From: Chiloscyllium plagiosum
Lineage: Eukaryota
NCBI RefSeq assembly: GCF_004010195.1
Contig: NC_057750.1
Coordinates: 2,858,112 to 2,922,111, forward strand
Length of the DNA: 64,000 bases
Reading direction: 5' to 3'
The notes beneath the pieces are model-generated. The model saw nothing but the letters and a program-made list of their open reading frames with translations, was not told the origin of the DNA and did not search any database. Numbering within the stretch: the stretch's first letter is position 1; each line of letters begins with the position of its first letter. Positions 24,624 to 37,024 of this stretch are shown here, in pieces. A program made the translations under genes and the position numbers.

Positions 24624-25510
24624 ATAGAGTCATAGAGTCATAGAGATGTACAGCACAGAAACAGACCCTTCGGTCCAACCCATCTATGCCAACCAGATAT
24701 CCCAACCCAATGTAGTCCCACCTGCCAACACCCGGCCCATATCCCTCCAAACCCTTCCTATTCATATACCCATCCAAAGGCCTCTTAAATGTTGCAATTA
24801 TACCAGCCTTCACAACTTCCTCTGGCAGCTCATTCCATACATGTTCACAACTTCCTCTGGCAGCTCATTCCATACATGTAACACCCTCTGTGTGAAAAAG
24901 TTATCCCTTAGGTCCCTTTTATATCTTTCCCCTCTCACCCTAAACCTATGCCCTCTAGTTCTGGACTCCTCCGACCCCAGGGAAAAGACTTTGTCTATTT
25001 ATCCTATTCGTGCCCCTCATGATTTTATAAACCTCTATGAGGTCACCCCTCAGCCTCCGACGCTCCAGGGAAAACAGTCCCAGACTATTCAGCCTCTCCC
25101 TTAGCTCAAACCCTCCAACCCTGGCAACATCCTTGTAAATCTTTTCAGAACCCTTTCAGGTTTCACAACATGTTTCTGATAGGAAGGAGACCAGAATTGC
25201 AGGCAATATTCCAACAGTGGCCTAACCAATGTCCTGTACATCCGCAACATGACCTTCCAACTCCTGTAGTCAATACTCTGATCAATAAAGGAAAGCATAC
25301 CTTAACTATCCTATCTACCTGCGACTCTACTTTCAAAGGAGTTATGAACCTGCATTCCAAGGTCTGTTTGTTCAATAATACTCCCAAGGACCTTACCATT
25401 AAGTGTATAAGTCCTGCTAAGATTTGCCCTCCCAAAATGTAGCACCTCGCATTTATCTAAATTAAACTCCATCTGCCACTTCTCAGCCCATTGGCCCATC
25501 TGATCAAGAT
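24624..25510 (-). mobile_element. 5'-truncated CR1 LINE (internal ~34-bp tandem duplication at ~24811-24878)
   Basis: ORFs 25101..25298 and 25311..25547 encode the CR1 RT C-terminus. Confidence 0.9.
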
Positions 25511-25581
25511 AAGGAGAAACTGTTTCTGGGGCCAGAAAGGTTAACAACTAGAGGGACGCAGATTGAAGTTAATTGACTAAA

Positions 25582-25842
25582 AATATAAAAGGGACCTAAG
25601 GGGCAACTTTTTCACACAGAGGGTGGTGCATGTATGGAACGAGCTGCCAGAGGAAGTGGTGGAGGCTGGTACAATCGCAACATTTAAAAGGCATCTGAAT
25701 GGGTATATGAATAGGAAGGGTTTGGAGGGATATGGGCCGGGTGCTGGCAGGTGGGACCAGATTGGGTTGGGATATCTGGTCGGCATGGACGGGTTGGACC
25801 GAAGGGTCTGTTTCTGTGCTGTACATCTCTATGACTCTATGA
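25582..25842 (+). mobile_element. CR1 3' end, inverted relative to the adjacent CR1
   Basis: VWNELPEEVVEAGTIATFKRHL; ctctatgactctatga tail. Confidence 0.9.
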
Positions 25843-26349
25843 CCAGAAGGAGTGGAAGTTGCGAAGGAAGTTTTGTTTTTGCAGTGAGTTGCTGTGATCT
25901 GGAACACACAGTGAAAGCTGAGCCAATAGGAACATGCAAAAGATGAACTTGATAAGCATTTGAAAAGGAAAGTATTGGCACCTTTGAAGATCCTGCGCTT
26001 GCACAATGGACTGGTTCTGTACTGTCGAGAGAGTATCTTTAATCACACTCTCCACATTTTAGCTTCCTGGCTATGGTCGCACCTGAGTGAATGCTATCAC
26101 AGAGGAGGGTCACAGATAGCCAGTTCAAGGCCCTGCGCACCATAACACCAGCAGATAGAGGAGCAGGGGTAGGCCATTCAGTCTGCCCCTGCAATTCCAC
26201 GAGGAGAAAGTGAGGACTGCAGATGCTGGGCTGATCTGATTATGCTCAGCTCCATTTTTCCTGCCATTTCCCTATAACCCTTGAACCCACCAGCCAATAG
26301 TTCATTTCAGAGTAAGAGGCAATGGCCTAGTGGTATTATGTTGGTCTGT

Positions 26350-27050
26350 ATATGTGAGGGTGTGTGTGTGTCTGTGTGGGGGGAGCTGTATGTGTGTATC
26401 TGTGTGAGAGTGAGTATCTGTGTGAGAGTGTGTGTCTGTGTGTGTGTGTGTATCTGTGTGAGACTGTGTGTGTGAGAGNNNNNNNNNNNNNNNNNNNNNN
26501 NNNNNNNNNNNNNNNNNNNNNNNNNNNNNNNNNNNNNNNNNNNNNNNNNNNNNNNNNNNNNNNNNNNNNNNNNNNNNNNNNNNNNNNNNNNNNNNNNNNN
26601 NNNNNNNNNNNNNNNNNNNNNNNNNNNNNNNNNNNNNNNNNNNNNNNNNNNNNNNNNNNNNNNNNNNNNNNNNNNNNNNNNNNNNNNNNNNNNNNNNNNN
26701 NNNNNNNNNNNNNNNNNNNNNNNNNNNNNNNNNNNNNNNNNNNNNNNNNNNNNNNNNNNNNNNNNNNNNNNNNNNNNNNNNNNNNNNNNNNNNNNNNNNN
26801 NNNNNNNNNNNNNNNNNNNNNNNNNNNNNNNNNNNNNNNNNNNNNNNNNNNNNNNNNNNNNNNNNNNNNNNNNNNNNNNNNNNNNNNNNNNNNNNNNNNN
26901 NNNNNNNNNNNNNNNNNNNNNNNNNNNNNNNNNNNNNNNNNNNNNNNNNNNNNNNNNNNNNNNNNNNNNNNNNNNTAAGTGTGTGTCTGTGTGAGAGTGT
27001 GTGTGTGAGTGAGTGCGATGGTGTGTGTATGTGTGTGTGTAAGAGTGATA
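26350..27050. repeat. Degenerate (TG)n/(TGTGAG)n tract spanning gap 26479-26975, just upstream of the ANKRD63-like gene
   Basis: Direct. Confidence 0.9.
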
Positions 27051-27240
27051 GTGAATATTTGTACTAATAGGTTACAAACATTAATGACCCATTTTGCAAC
27101 CGCTCAGTTATTGTTGCTATTTACTCCTTTTCTGCAAAACGGCAGAAATTAAGTTCTACCTTTACAAGACCCTCGTGTCCTGGCCTTGTGAGCGCAGCTG
27201 GCTGTTATGAGTTGTTATGGTTACTGATTTACTCCAGAAC

Positions 27241-27246
27241 TATAAA
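27241..27246 (+). promoter_or_regulatory. Candidate TATA box of the ANKRD63-like gene
   Basis: cTATAAAg 100 bp upstream of ATG 27341; (ACAGAG)n lies in the putative 5' UTR at ~27304-27334. Confidence 0.45.
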
Positions 27247-27340
27247 GCTGTGCAGCAGCTCACAGGCTTCGGAGAGAGAGAGGGGAACGTGCAGAGTTAC
27301 AGTTACAGAGACAGAGACAGAGACAGAGACAGAGGGAGCG

Positions 27341-29245
27341 ATGTCGAAAGTTGCAGAGAGAGGCAGGCAGGAACAATTGGGCACGGAGACTTTGGTCTGT
27401 GCCATGCAACAGGGACAGAGACGGCTGGCTCAGTTTGTCCTGGAGGCACTGGACGGGAGGATTGTCAATAGGAAGCTGGAACAGGGCAGAACTCCCCTGA
27501 TACTGGCTGCACTGCTGCCTGAAGTCAAACAAAGTGTCAGGTTTGTCAAGTTGCTGCTGGCCAGGAAAGCTGCAGTAAATTGCCAGGATGCCCAGGGCAG
27601 GACCGCTCTCAGCTACGCCTGCCAAAGGGGCAACATCGACGTAGTTAAACTGTTGGTACAGTCCAACGCAGACCCAGAGATTGCAGACAACTGGGGCAAC
27701 AGTGCCCTGATTTATGGGGCTTTCGCTGGGCATTCACTGGTGGTGGACTTTCTAGTGAGGTCCTTCAAGCGCCTGGGGCTGGACGTCACTAGGACCAACT
27801 TGGCCGGCAACTCCTCCATCAGCATTGCCCTGGATCTGGGGCACCACGACTGTGTGCGGATTTTGACCAGCCAGGCCAGGAAGCAGTCAGCTGGCTCGGT
27901 GGGTACAGCTGGTTCCCTGGAGGACATCACATTCAAGAGAAGCCCACATGGTCAGAACCAACCCTCGAATGAGGAGGGGGGGAGAGTGAGAGGATGGGAG
28001 CTGCCCCGAGTCTCTGGTGCCAGGGCTCAGCAAGGGCACAACGTGCCAAGGGGTAAGTGGCGAGACCAGAAAAAACCCCCACAGGACGTTCGTCTTCCGG
28101 AGAGTCTCCCTGGATGTGCCCGCAATGCGCCCCCCAGTCCTGATCCTTGCCCGAGATCTATCGGACTGCCCTCTGTCGCTGACCGGGCGCACGGAGCTCA
28201 CTGCAGCTTTGTTCAACTCATCGAAGCCCCCACCGCGAGGGACCCAGGAAAGGCAGGGAGAGCTCGACAGCTTCTCTTACCCTGCATTGGAGTAGGCGGC
28301 CAAATCAATGCAGGCTGCGACAGATCTCCAGAAAGTCCAAGGCCCTGGGTGAATGAAAACTGCAGCCCGCACTCAGTGTCACGCAGGAGGGGACAAGGGG
28401 CTGGACCCAGCTGCTGCAAGGGCATCAAAGAGGGGCATCTTGGAGACTGCTGCAGACATCTAGAGGGACTGGAACCTCCAGATGGAGATGCAGAGGATCA
28501 GCCTCTCTCCAGGAAGCAGGACTCGGACACACCCCTGCCAGGGTCTCAGGTCTTGCCCCCACACCGGGTATGGGGACAGAGCAAGGCTCCCCGCTGTCTG
28601 TGCAGCCCATCTCACGGGGATGTACCCGTTGTGGGGAAGCAAGGGGTGACGGCGCCCTTCTCACCACAGGGTGATGGGAAACACGTTGAGAATGCCACAT
28701 GTTCCTCCAGCAACCTACGGTCTGAGCACCCCGTCACTGTGGGAAGAGGGATGGGGCCAATGCAGAGGAACATTGGAAGCGAGATGGCAGTGACCTCACC
28801 CAACCTGGCTCCTCCATGTCCAGATATCCATACAGTTCCTGTGCCCACCTTTCCCAGGGGTCTGGAGAGCATGTTGAGTGAAATCTGTGTGCCAGGCGGT
28901 GAGGTGTTGGGGAAGGTCGTCAGTCTGAGTGACTGTGAGCTTGAGGAACAGCCATTCTTTGACACCCAAGGGCAGAGACGTTTCCTCTTTCCCCACCACC
29001 CCTGCCGTCCGCGAACCAGACCCAGGATCCCGTTGTGCCATCCCTCAACCACAAGCTGTAAGTCCAGCACCTCCTGCAGGTTGCTTGGGCTCTTCCACAG
29101 GTTCACCGCCCCCCAGCTGAAGGCTGGCACTGAGGACAGGGAGGCTCTTGGGGGCTGCACACTGGGAGCTGGGAAGACTCTGTGCCGCTCTGAGACCTTC
29201 CCCCAACATCTCTCCAGCTCCAGGGGCAAGCCTGCAGCGGCCTGA
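27341..29245 (+). CDS. ANKRD63-like: Ankyrin repeat domain-containing protein 63-like, single coding exon, 634 aa
   Basis: Uninterrupted ORF; first ATG in gagcgATGt context. N-terminal ankyrin repeats (EQGRTPLILAA, VNCQDAQGRTALSYACQRG, ADNWGNSALIYGAFAGH) and the ANKRD63-type segments LAQFVLEALD and DFLVRSFKRLGL, followed by a low-complexity tail. Confidence 0.88.
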   Translation: MSKVAERGRQEQLGTETLVCAMQQGQRRLAQFVLEALDGRIVNRKLEQGRTPLILAALLPEVKQSVRFVKLLLARKAAVNCQDAQGRTALSYACQRGNIDVVKLLVQSNADPEIADNWGNSALIYGAFAGHSLVVDFLVRSFKRLGLDVTRTNLAGNSSISIALDLGHHDCVRILTSQARKQSAGSVGTAGSLEDITFKRSPHGQNQPSNEEGGRVRGWELPRVSGARAQQGHNVPRGKWRDQKKPPQDVRLPESLPGCARNAPPSPDPCPRSIGLPSVADRAHGAHCSFVQLIEAPTARDPGKAGRARQLLLPCIGVGGQINAGCDRSPESPRPWVNENCSPHSVSRRRGQGAGPSCCKGIKEGHLGDCCRHLEGLEPPDGDAEDQPLSRKQDSDTPLPGSQVLPPHRVWGQSKAPRCLCSPSHGDVPVVGKQGVTAPFSPQGDGKHVENATCSSSNLRSEHPVTVGRGMGPMQRNIGSEMAVTSPNLAPPCPDIHTVPVPTFPRGLESMLSEICVPGGEVLGKVVSLSDCELEEQPFFDTQGQRRFLFPHHPCRPRTRPRIPLCHPSTTSCKSSTSCRLLGLFHRFTAPQLKAGTEDREALGGCTLGAGKTLCRSETFPQHLSSSRGKPAAA

Positions 29246-29811
29246 TCAAACAGCAACTCAACATTAGCCCCCAACAACCGAAACCCCAGTAACACTAAGG
29301 CACAACGGACATAGGAAGATCCCTCCACTGGACTTTACATTGCTAATATCCCCATGATCACAGTTGCATCTGACTGTGGTGAAGTTATAGACATTTTATT
29401 CTGTGGCTGCTTGAGGAACTGATGTAAAGTAGTTTAAATGCTGCAGTCTGGACCTGAACTTGTGTTACGTTATGTTTATCACCATCCCCAATGTCACTCA
29501 TCAGCTTTGAGTCCAGACACATCGCCCATTTCAAACTTCACTCCCTTGTTCTCAAATCCCTCTATTCTCTTGTTGTGTCCCTATCTCTCTCACTCCCTCC
29601 AGCCTCTACACTCCTCCCCATCTAGGTAACTGCTTCTGGACCCTACACCCCTCCCTATCTCTGCAACCTCCTCCAGTCCCTTTACCCCTCCCTATCTGTG
29701 TAATCTCCCCCTGATGCACCAGCATCTCTTTGTCCCTCACACATCCTCAATTCTTGTTGATTCACCTCCAACTGCCTCTGCTCCAAGAGCTCCACCTGTC
29801 TCGACTCAAAG

Positions 29812-30020
29812 AATTCCTAGTGTGGGAGGAGGCCATTCAGCCCATCAAGTCCACACTAACTGGTCAATCCACCCTAACCCACACATCTTTGGATTGTGGG
29901 AGAATGTGTGAACTCCACACAGACATGGGGAGAATGTGTGAACTCCACACGGACACCTAAAGCTGGAATCGAACCCAGGTCTCTGGTGCTGTGAGGCAGC
30001 AGTGCTAACCACTGAGCCAC
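29812..30020 (-). mobile_element. V-SINE fragment with a 22-bp internal duplication
   Basis: Reverse complement of the head gtggctcagtggttagcactgctgcctcacagcacc. Confidence 0.8.
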
Positions 30021-33000
30021 CTGGCTACACCCCATCCTTTCCTCCTTTAAACTTTCTTTAAAACCTACCTCATTGACCAAGCTTTCATTCACCTCTCCCA
30101 ATATCTTCAATGTGACTCAGTGTTAAATGTTGTCTGATTATTTTCTTGCGCATCAGTTTGCTGCTTTTGACAACATTAAAGTTGTTATGTTTTGATTTTA
30201 AAAAAAAGGAGTGGTCTAAGACAATCCTTGTACTGGCAAACAAAGGCAATTGGAGCTAAAAAGAGCTAATCACATCTCACTGGTTTGTTTTTCTGGCTGT
30301 GAAATCTTGGCATCTTCTAAAGGAGATGGAGGCCTGAATACTGTAGAGAGTATTCAGTTATACTGAAAGCATCAAACTCTCACAGTTTGGAGCTGTTTCT
30401 ATACCCAATCTTAGTGACAGCCTGTGATTCTGGTCTTTGGCTTTCACTGAGGTGTGCGAGAAGTAAAACATGTAATTCAATTGAAATAATACAAAAGATG
30501 ACCAAACAAACTGGATACCTTCTCGTGGTGCAGTGGCAGCGACCCTATCCCTTGTCCAGGAGGCCTTGGTTCAAATCCCACCTGGTGTAGGATAACATCT
30601 CCAAACAGATCGATCGGGAAAAATAAAGAATTGGATGAAATGATTCTGTCACAAATTCTCATGTCAATTTTAAAGATTAAGTTAGCCACATGTAACAATC
30701 AGATTTTATTTTTCACTCAGCGCAGTCCAATGCAATGACATTCTGATTTTCTACAATATCTTTAACATTGGAAAATAAAACAACTGAACTTAAGAGATGT
30801 GAGCAGAATTTTGGCCAAGGAGAATTTTACGGATGGAGAGGTTTAGAGAAGGAATTTCTCAGAATGGGATTGAGGTAGAGACACCAATGGTGAGGAGGAA
30901 AGTCTAACTGGGAGACCCAAGAGATTTGTGTCATTGGAACTGGAGGTTGTGGGATGCAGGAGGGGGAAAGGGATGGAGGCTAATGTAACCCTGCACTGTG
31001 GAAAAATTATAAACGGAATAGTGTCAAAATTCCATAAATCTCTGTAATTACTTTATTCAAATGTGCACATTACGAAATTAACAGGAAAAACCAGGTTAAA
31101 GATAAATTATTTCCACTGATTGGGGATTCTAGAACTGGTTCGGGGCATAGTGTGAGAATTAGGGCCAGAGCATTTAGGAAAGATTTTAGGAAACTCTTCC
31201 ACATACAAAGGGCAGGAAACTCTCTTCCCCAAATGAAAGTAGATTCTGCATCAGTTGTTAATTTTAAATCTAAGCTAGATAAACTATTGTTCAGCAAAGG
31301 TATTAAGGGAAAAGGGCCAAAGGCAGGTATATAGAGTTAGGTCGCAGATCATCCATGATCTTAAATAGTGTAACAGGCTTGAGGTGGTTGAGGTCTGCTC
31401 CTTTTCCCATGTTTCTACTTTTCTCTGGATTGTAGGCAAAATGGTGTGCCTACTGTGCCATACATATTGAAAATAATTTATTGCATCCATATCAGTGTGA
31501 TTTTCATTCTCAGATAATTCTGTTTGATAAAAAGTAAAAATAAAAATGGTCACTCATGTTTGAAGTGAGCAAACTTGGTCCCAGTTTCTTTATGTAACCG
31601 GTTGAGGAGGAGTCTGGGGATAGGGGCGGCACTGTTGTTGCAGAATGTCTTTTTTGGTTTGAATCCAAGTTGACAAAAGCCTCCTGTAAGAGTTCTAAAG
31701 GAAATGTCGACTTGAACACACAATGCAGGGTGATGTTCTCACGGCAACTACAATGCTGTTTGTGAGATCTTGCTGTGCACTAATTGGCTGCATTTCCTAC
31801 ATTACAAGAGTGATTTGTTTGCAAACATTGTTTCAGTGTACTGGAAATGGCAGTTTTTCTATTCTTCTTCTGTCTTGGTTATATTAACTCACTGCCCCAA
31901 ACAGCACAGCACTAGGGAGCTGAGCACAGAGGGGGGATGCACATAATTGTCACTGATATAGATCGGCACTCAGTAAAACCCATCCCAGCACCTTCTCCCC
32001 ATCAGGTGGAAGCACCACATGCAACACAGAAAGGCAACTCCAAGAACAAATTGCACAGGAAGAGTCCATTCAGCCCTTAATGGCCATTGTTTTTAGCTCT
32101 TGCACAAGTCTCTTCCCAGCCCATTTCGTCTTACACAATTAGCATTCCTTCCTGATTGCCTTTCATGAATCTTCCTTTGCTCCATTTTCAATTTGAAAAC
32201 TCCAATCTCATTCTCCTGCAACAGACCTCCCCCACCACCCCCCTTCAACACCCACCATCCACAGCCCATTGGTGCAGAAAGAATTCCAGATTTCTTCTTT
32301 GTTACTTGTTCCTTGGGAGTTTGGAATCTCTGACAAGCTCAGTATTTCTTGCCCATCTGTCATTGCCCCTTAAAGCGTGTGGAAAAACCCAGCCGCGTTT
32401 CTGTGGGTTTGGGTAAGGGTGGCAGATTTCCATCCCTAAAGAGCTTTAGTTAACTTGATAGGTTTTTCCTAAATGCCAATTTGAGGGCAGATTCATAACA
32501 CCACTAGACTATACTCCAGATAAATGAATTGAATTTAAATTCCACTTCTACCATCCTTAAAATCTTAGCCTGTATTCAACACAGTGTTCATAGAGCCCAT
32601 ACAGGTCCACAGCCTATAAACAGGCCCTTTGGCCTAACATGCCCATGTCACCCAGTTTTCACAATTTAATCTAGTCCCATTTGCCTGGGTTTGGTCCATA
32701 TCTATCCCACACACGTACCTGTCTAAATGCTTCTTAAATGACAAAATTATACTCGCTTCCACCACTACCTCTAGCAGTCTTGCAGACACTCACCACCCTG
32801 TGTGTGAAAAAATTGCCCCCTGGACCCTATTGTACCTCTCCCCTCACACCGTAAACCTGTGCCCTCTAGTTTTAGACTGACCTACCCTGGGGAAAAGCTG
32901 TCAGCCACCTACTGTATCTATGCCTCTCATGACTGACAGGACACACACCCTTTAAGTCAGAAATGTTCAGGTTTGGGTGAACCATAGGAAATTACCTCTC

Positions 33001-33289
33001 TGTTACAAACTTGAAACTTTATGGAACCTGGAAATTAACATCTCCAACAAAAGAAATAAAAAATAAAATAAATAAGGCATCCTGGTGCATTCCTACACCT
33101 CAGAGAACGCACTAAATAGGACCCTTCAGCCCATTGAGCCTGTTTTACTGCCCAGTGTGATGGTGACTGATCCCTGCTTTCAACTCAACTTTACCTGTCC
33201 ACTTGTCTTATCTCTAGATTCCCAGAGAGACCAACAATGCCTGTCCCTGCCTAAAATATATTTGGCAAAACAGAATCCATAATCAACAC

Positions 33290-34180
33290 AGAAAATGTTG
33301 GAACATCTCTGGGACACACACACTCAACAACCCTGCTGCCCTATGGCCAACCACTTCAACTTCCCCTTCCACTCCACCAAGGATGTGCAAATCCTGTGCT
33401 TCCTCCACCTCCTGACAAAGGACTCCTGCCCAAAATGTTGTATCTTCTGCTCCTTGGATGTTGCCTGACCTACTGTGCTTTTCCAGCACCACACTCTCGA
33501 CACCAAATCCAAACCAACCAATGACTAGAGGGGGAACACCTCATCTTCTGCCTTGGGACCCTTCAATCACATTGCATCAACATTGACTTCACTAGCTTCC
33601 AAATCTTCCCTCCACCCACCTCATCCCAAATCCAACCCTCCAACTCAGCATCGTCCTCGACTTGCCCCACCTGTCCCTCTTCCTTCCCACTATAATACAC
33701 TCCACCCTTCCACCGACCTATCACAATCACCCTCCACCTACATCCACTTTCTCAGCCACCTCACCACCCAACGTCCCATATATCTCTCAGCCCCTTCCTC
33801 CCGCCACAGTCCTGGTGAAAGGCTTACGCCTGAAACGTTGACTCTCCTGCTCCTCGGATGCTGCCTGACCAGCTGTGCTTTTCCAGCACTGCACTTTTCA
33901 ACTCTGACTCTCCAGCATCTGCAGTCCTCAATTTCTCACATAAAATGTTGGGGAAGCTATCAAGTCAACAGAATTTGTGAAGACAGAAACAGAGCTAACA
34001 TTTCAAGTTAGGTATGAATTCTTGAGAAGTATGTCATGAGTGTTCTGAGTTCCAAGGAAGAGTCACATCAAATTCAAAACATTCACTCTGTTTCTCTCTC
34101 CTCAGATGCTGCCAGACCTGCTGAGTTTCTCCAACAATTTCTGTTTTTATTTCAGATTTCTAACAATTACATTTTGCTTT
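33290..34180. mobile_element. Cluster of Neptune-like PLE 3' fragments and pLTRs; older palindromic pLTR pair at ~33940-34180
   Basis: GIY-YIG C-terminal remnants (ANHFN, EHLIFCLGTL); degenerate hammerhead at ~33812-33843 with agtc/gact stem I. Confidence 0.65.
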
Positions 34181-34482
34181 TATGTGAGAATCCTCAAGCC
34201 CTGGAGTAGAAAATCCAAAGATCCACAAGCTTTTTGTGTAAAGACCTTTCCTTTCATATCTGCCCTAAATTCTCAGACCATGGCCCCAAATTTTTGTTTC
34301 CACTAGTCAGAATGTATCTTCTCCTTCATTTATACATTGCAGGCATCACTGGTTAGACCAGTGTTTATTGCCCATCTCTGATTGCCCTTTAGAAGGTGAT
34401 GAGCTGTCTTTTTGAACCACTGCAGCCTGTATTTAACCTATTAAACTCCTCCAGAATCTTATATGCTTTAATGAAATCACCT

Positions 34483-35910
34483 AAAATAGACAGGCAGGAG
34501 ACTGGAAGAATACAGCAGACCATGCAGCATCAGGAGGTGTAACCCTTCTTCAGGACTGGGGGTGGGTGTGGGGGGAGTTGCAGACAAAGGGGGTGGCAGA
34601 GGCGGGTTTCAATGTCGAGTCCTCCTGGCTGTAGGCTGCCCAGGCGGAAGATGCGGTGCTGTTCCTCCAATTTGCAGTGTGGTTCGTTTTGGCATTGGAG
34701 GAGGCCAAGATTGGTCATGTTGGAAAGGGAATGGGAAGGGGAATTGAAATGGGCGGTGACTGGGAGGTCCGGCTGGGATGCTTGGTGAACTGTTCCTTAA
34801 GTTTACGTTTGGTCTCCCCGATGTAGAGAAGACAACATTGGGAGCACATGATGCAATAAACTAGGTTGGAGGAGAGGCAGGTAAATCTCTGTCTCACCTG
34901 GAAGGACTGTTTGGGGCTCTGGATAGAGGACCAGCCAGTTTTATATCTTTTCCGGTTGCAAGGGAAGGTACCTGGGGGTTTGGGGAGGGGGGGTCGGTGC
35001 GGAGAGTGGTGCAAACCAAGGACTGTTAGAGGGAATGATCCTTGTGGAAGGCAGAGAAGGGTGGGGAGGGGAAGATGTTCTTGGTGGTGGGATCTAGTTG
35101 GAGTTGGCAGAAGTGTTTAAGGATGAAGTGTTGGATGCGGAGACTGGTGGGGTGGTAGGTGAAGAGCAGGGGGACTCTGTCTTTACTGTGTTGGGAGGGA
35201 GAGGGTTTGGAGCAGTGGAACAGGGAATGGAGGTGGTCCAGTGGAGGGCTGTCTGGATGATGGGGGGAGGAAAAGCAAATTGGTCAATGTAGGTGGACAT
35301 CTGGGAAGTCCATGAGTGGAATGTCTCCTCATCCGAGTAGATGCTTTACCTGCATCAGGTGCGCCCGGTATGGTCTTCTCTATCGGGGACACTGAATGTA
35401 AACTTAGGGAACGGTTCACCGAACATCACAGCTGGGCACACAGGGGCCTTCCGGACCTCCTAGTCACCGCCCATTTCAATTCCCCCAACCATTCCCTTTC
35501 CAAAATGACCATCCTTGGCATCCTTTATTGCCAAAATGAACTACAGTGCAAATTGGAGGAACAACACCTCATCTTCTGCCTGGACAACCTACAGCCTGGA
35601 GGACTCAATAATGAGTTCTCCAGTTTCGAATAACCTCCCTCCCCATCCGCCTCCCTTCCACCAACTGGATTCATATTTCCCATTGACCAAACAGGTCGTA
35701 CCCTCTACCTGTCTTCACCTATCCCCCTTCACCACCCTGCCCCTGCCACCCCCTTTACCTGCAGCTCCCCCCACACCCACTCCCTGTCCTGAGGAAGGGC
35801 TACACCCAAAATGTGGACTTCTCCCCCTCCTGGTGCTGCCTGGCTTACTGTGTTCTTCCAGCCTCCTGCCTGTCTATTTTTGATTCCAGTGTCTACAGTT
35901 TTTTTGTCTC
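34483..35910. mobile_element. Neptune-like PLE inserted as head-to-head inverted arms (- arm 34483-~35345, + arm ~35346-35910)
   Basis: TFPCNRKR..FTCLSSNLVYCIMCSQCCLLYIGETKRKL on -; IGDTECKLRERFTEH...KLEEQHLIFCL on +; TSD aatga(a/g)atcacct at 34470-34482 and 35911-35923. Confidence 0.88.
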
Positions 35911-36511
35911 AATGAGATCACCTCTCATTCTTCTAAATGCCTGAAAATATAGGTACAGTCTACAGGGTCTCCTGTAGGAATTTGAAGATTTAGATTATTG
36001 TGGGCGGTTTTGGGCTCAGTATCGAATGAAACGTGTCAGTTTTGGAGGGGATCAAGAGGAGATTTACAAAAATGGTACCAAGAATGAAAAGCTTGTCATA
36101 TGCATATGAGGATTGGTTAGAATTAGAATCCCTACAGTGTGGAAGGGTCTGGATCTGACCTCAATGGAGTTTAGAAGGCCAAGGGGTGATCTCATTGGAC
36201 TTTACAGAGTGGACATGGAGAAGATGCTACCACTTGGAGCAGAGACTAGGATCCAAGACAGAGACTCAGAGTCTTTAGAATTGAAATGTAGATGAATTTC
36301 TTCAGCCAGAGGGTAGCAAATCTGTGGAACTCATTGCCAAAGAAAGCTGTAGAGGCCAAATCACTGAGTGAATTTCAGGTAGAGATAGGGGAATCAAGGG
36401 TAATGGGGAGAAGGCATGAGAACGAGGTTGAGAAACATATCAGCCATGATCGAATGGTGGAGCAGTCTCGATAGGCTGAATAGCCTCATTCTGCTCCTAT
36501 ATCTTATGGTC

Positions 36512-36735
36512 AAGATCACTGTGGTGCCAGAAAAGCACAGCAGGTCAGGCAGCATCTGAGGAGCAGGAAAATTGACGTTTCGGGCAAAAGCTCTTCATCA
36601 GCTCATTCCTGATGAAGGGCTTTTGCCCGAAACATCAATTTTCCTGCTCCTCGGATGCTGCCTGACCTGCTGTTCTTTTCCAGCACCACAGTGATCTTGA
36701 CTTTGATCACCAGCATCTGCAGAACCCATTTCTGC
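36512..36735. mobile_element. Palindromic short PLE insertion (family 1 variant) with a hammerhead core at 36609
   Basis: Inverted arms plus a 34-nt tail; TSD ctcct(a/g)tatcttatggtc at 36494-36511 and 36736-36753. Confidence 0.87.
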
Positions 36736-36937
36736 CTCCTGTATCTTATGGTCTGAGGAAAAATCAGACAGGCTTTAAAAAATAGATTTCTTTCAACAAG
36801 TTTGTGTACAAGCTCTGGAGTTACAGAGAAAATTGTTGACACTGATGTTCGGCCAGTTTGTTTTCCAGTTGGCTGTGGGAAATTTGAAAGTGGACAAAAC
36901 CTCCAGGATTACTTTCAGTTGGAATTCGCAACTTCAT

Positions 36938-36951
36938 CTGCCATCTAGTGG
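36938..36951 (-). promoter_or_regulatory. CTCF-like motif (CCACTAGATGGCAG)
   Basis: Matches the CCASYAGRKGGCRS core; lies in non-repeat sequence between the convergent genes. Confidence 0.5.
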
Positions 36952-37024
36952 TTGGTTACAGAATATCAATTTATTTTAGCCCAACTGCAGAGGAGTGGGA
37001 CACAACTGATTAAGAATGAAACAT

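Noticed and set aside
3294..26300. Exons of a PLCB paralogue, expected upstream by analogy to PAK6-ANKRD63-PLCB2
   Set aside because: No phospholipase C-like coding exon recognised in the window
27188..27340. 51-aa N-terminal extension of the 685-aa ORF
   Set aside because: Starts at GTG, spans the TATA-like box and an ACAGAG microsatellite; homology begins after ATG 27341
28612..29328. 238-aa antisense ORF
   Set aside because: Shadow of a GC-rich CDS; no recognisable motifs
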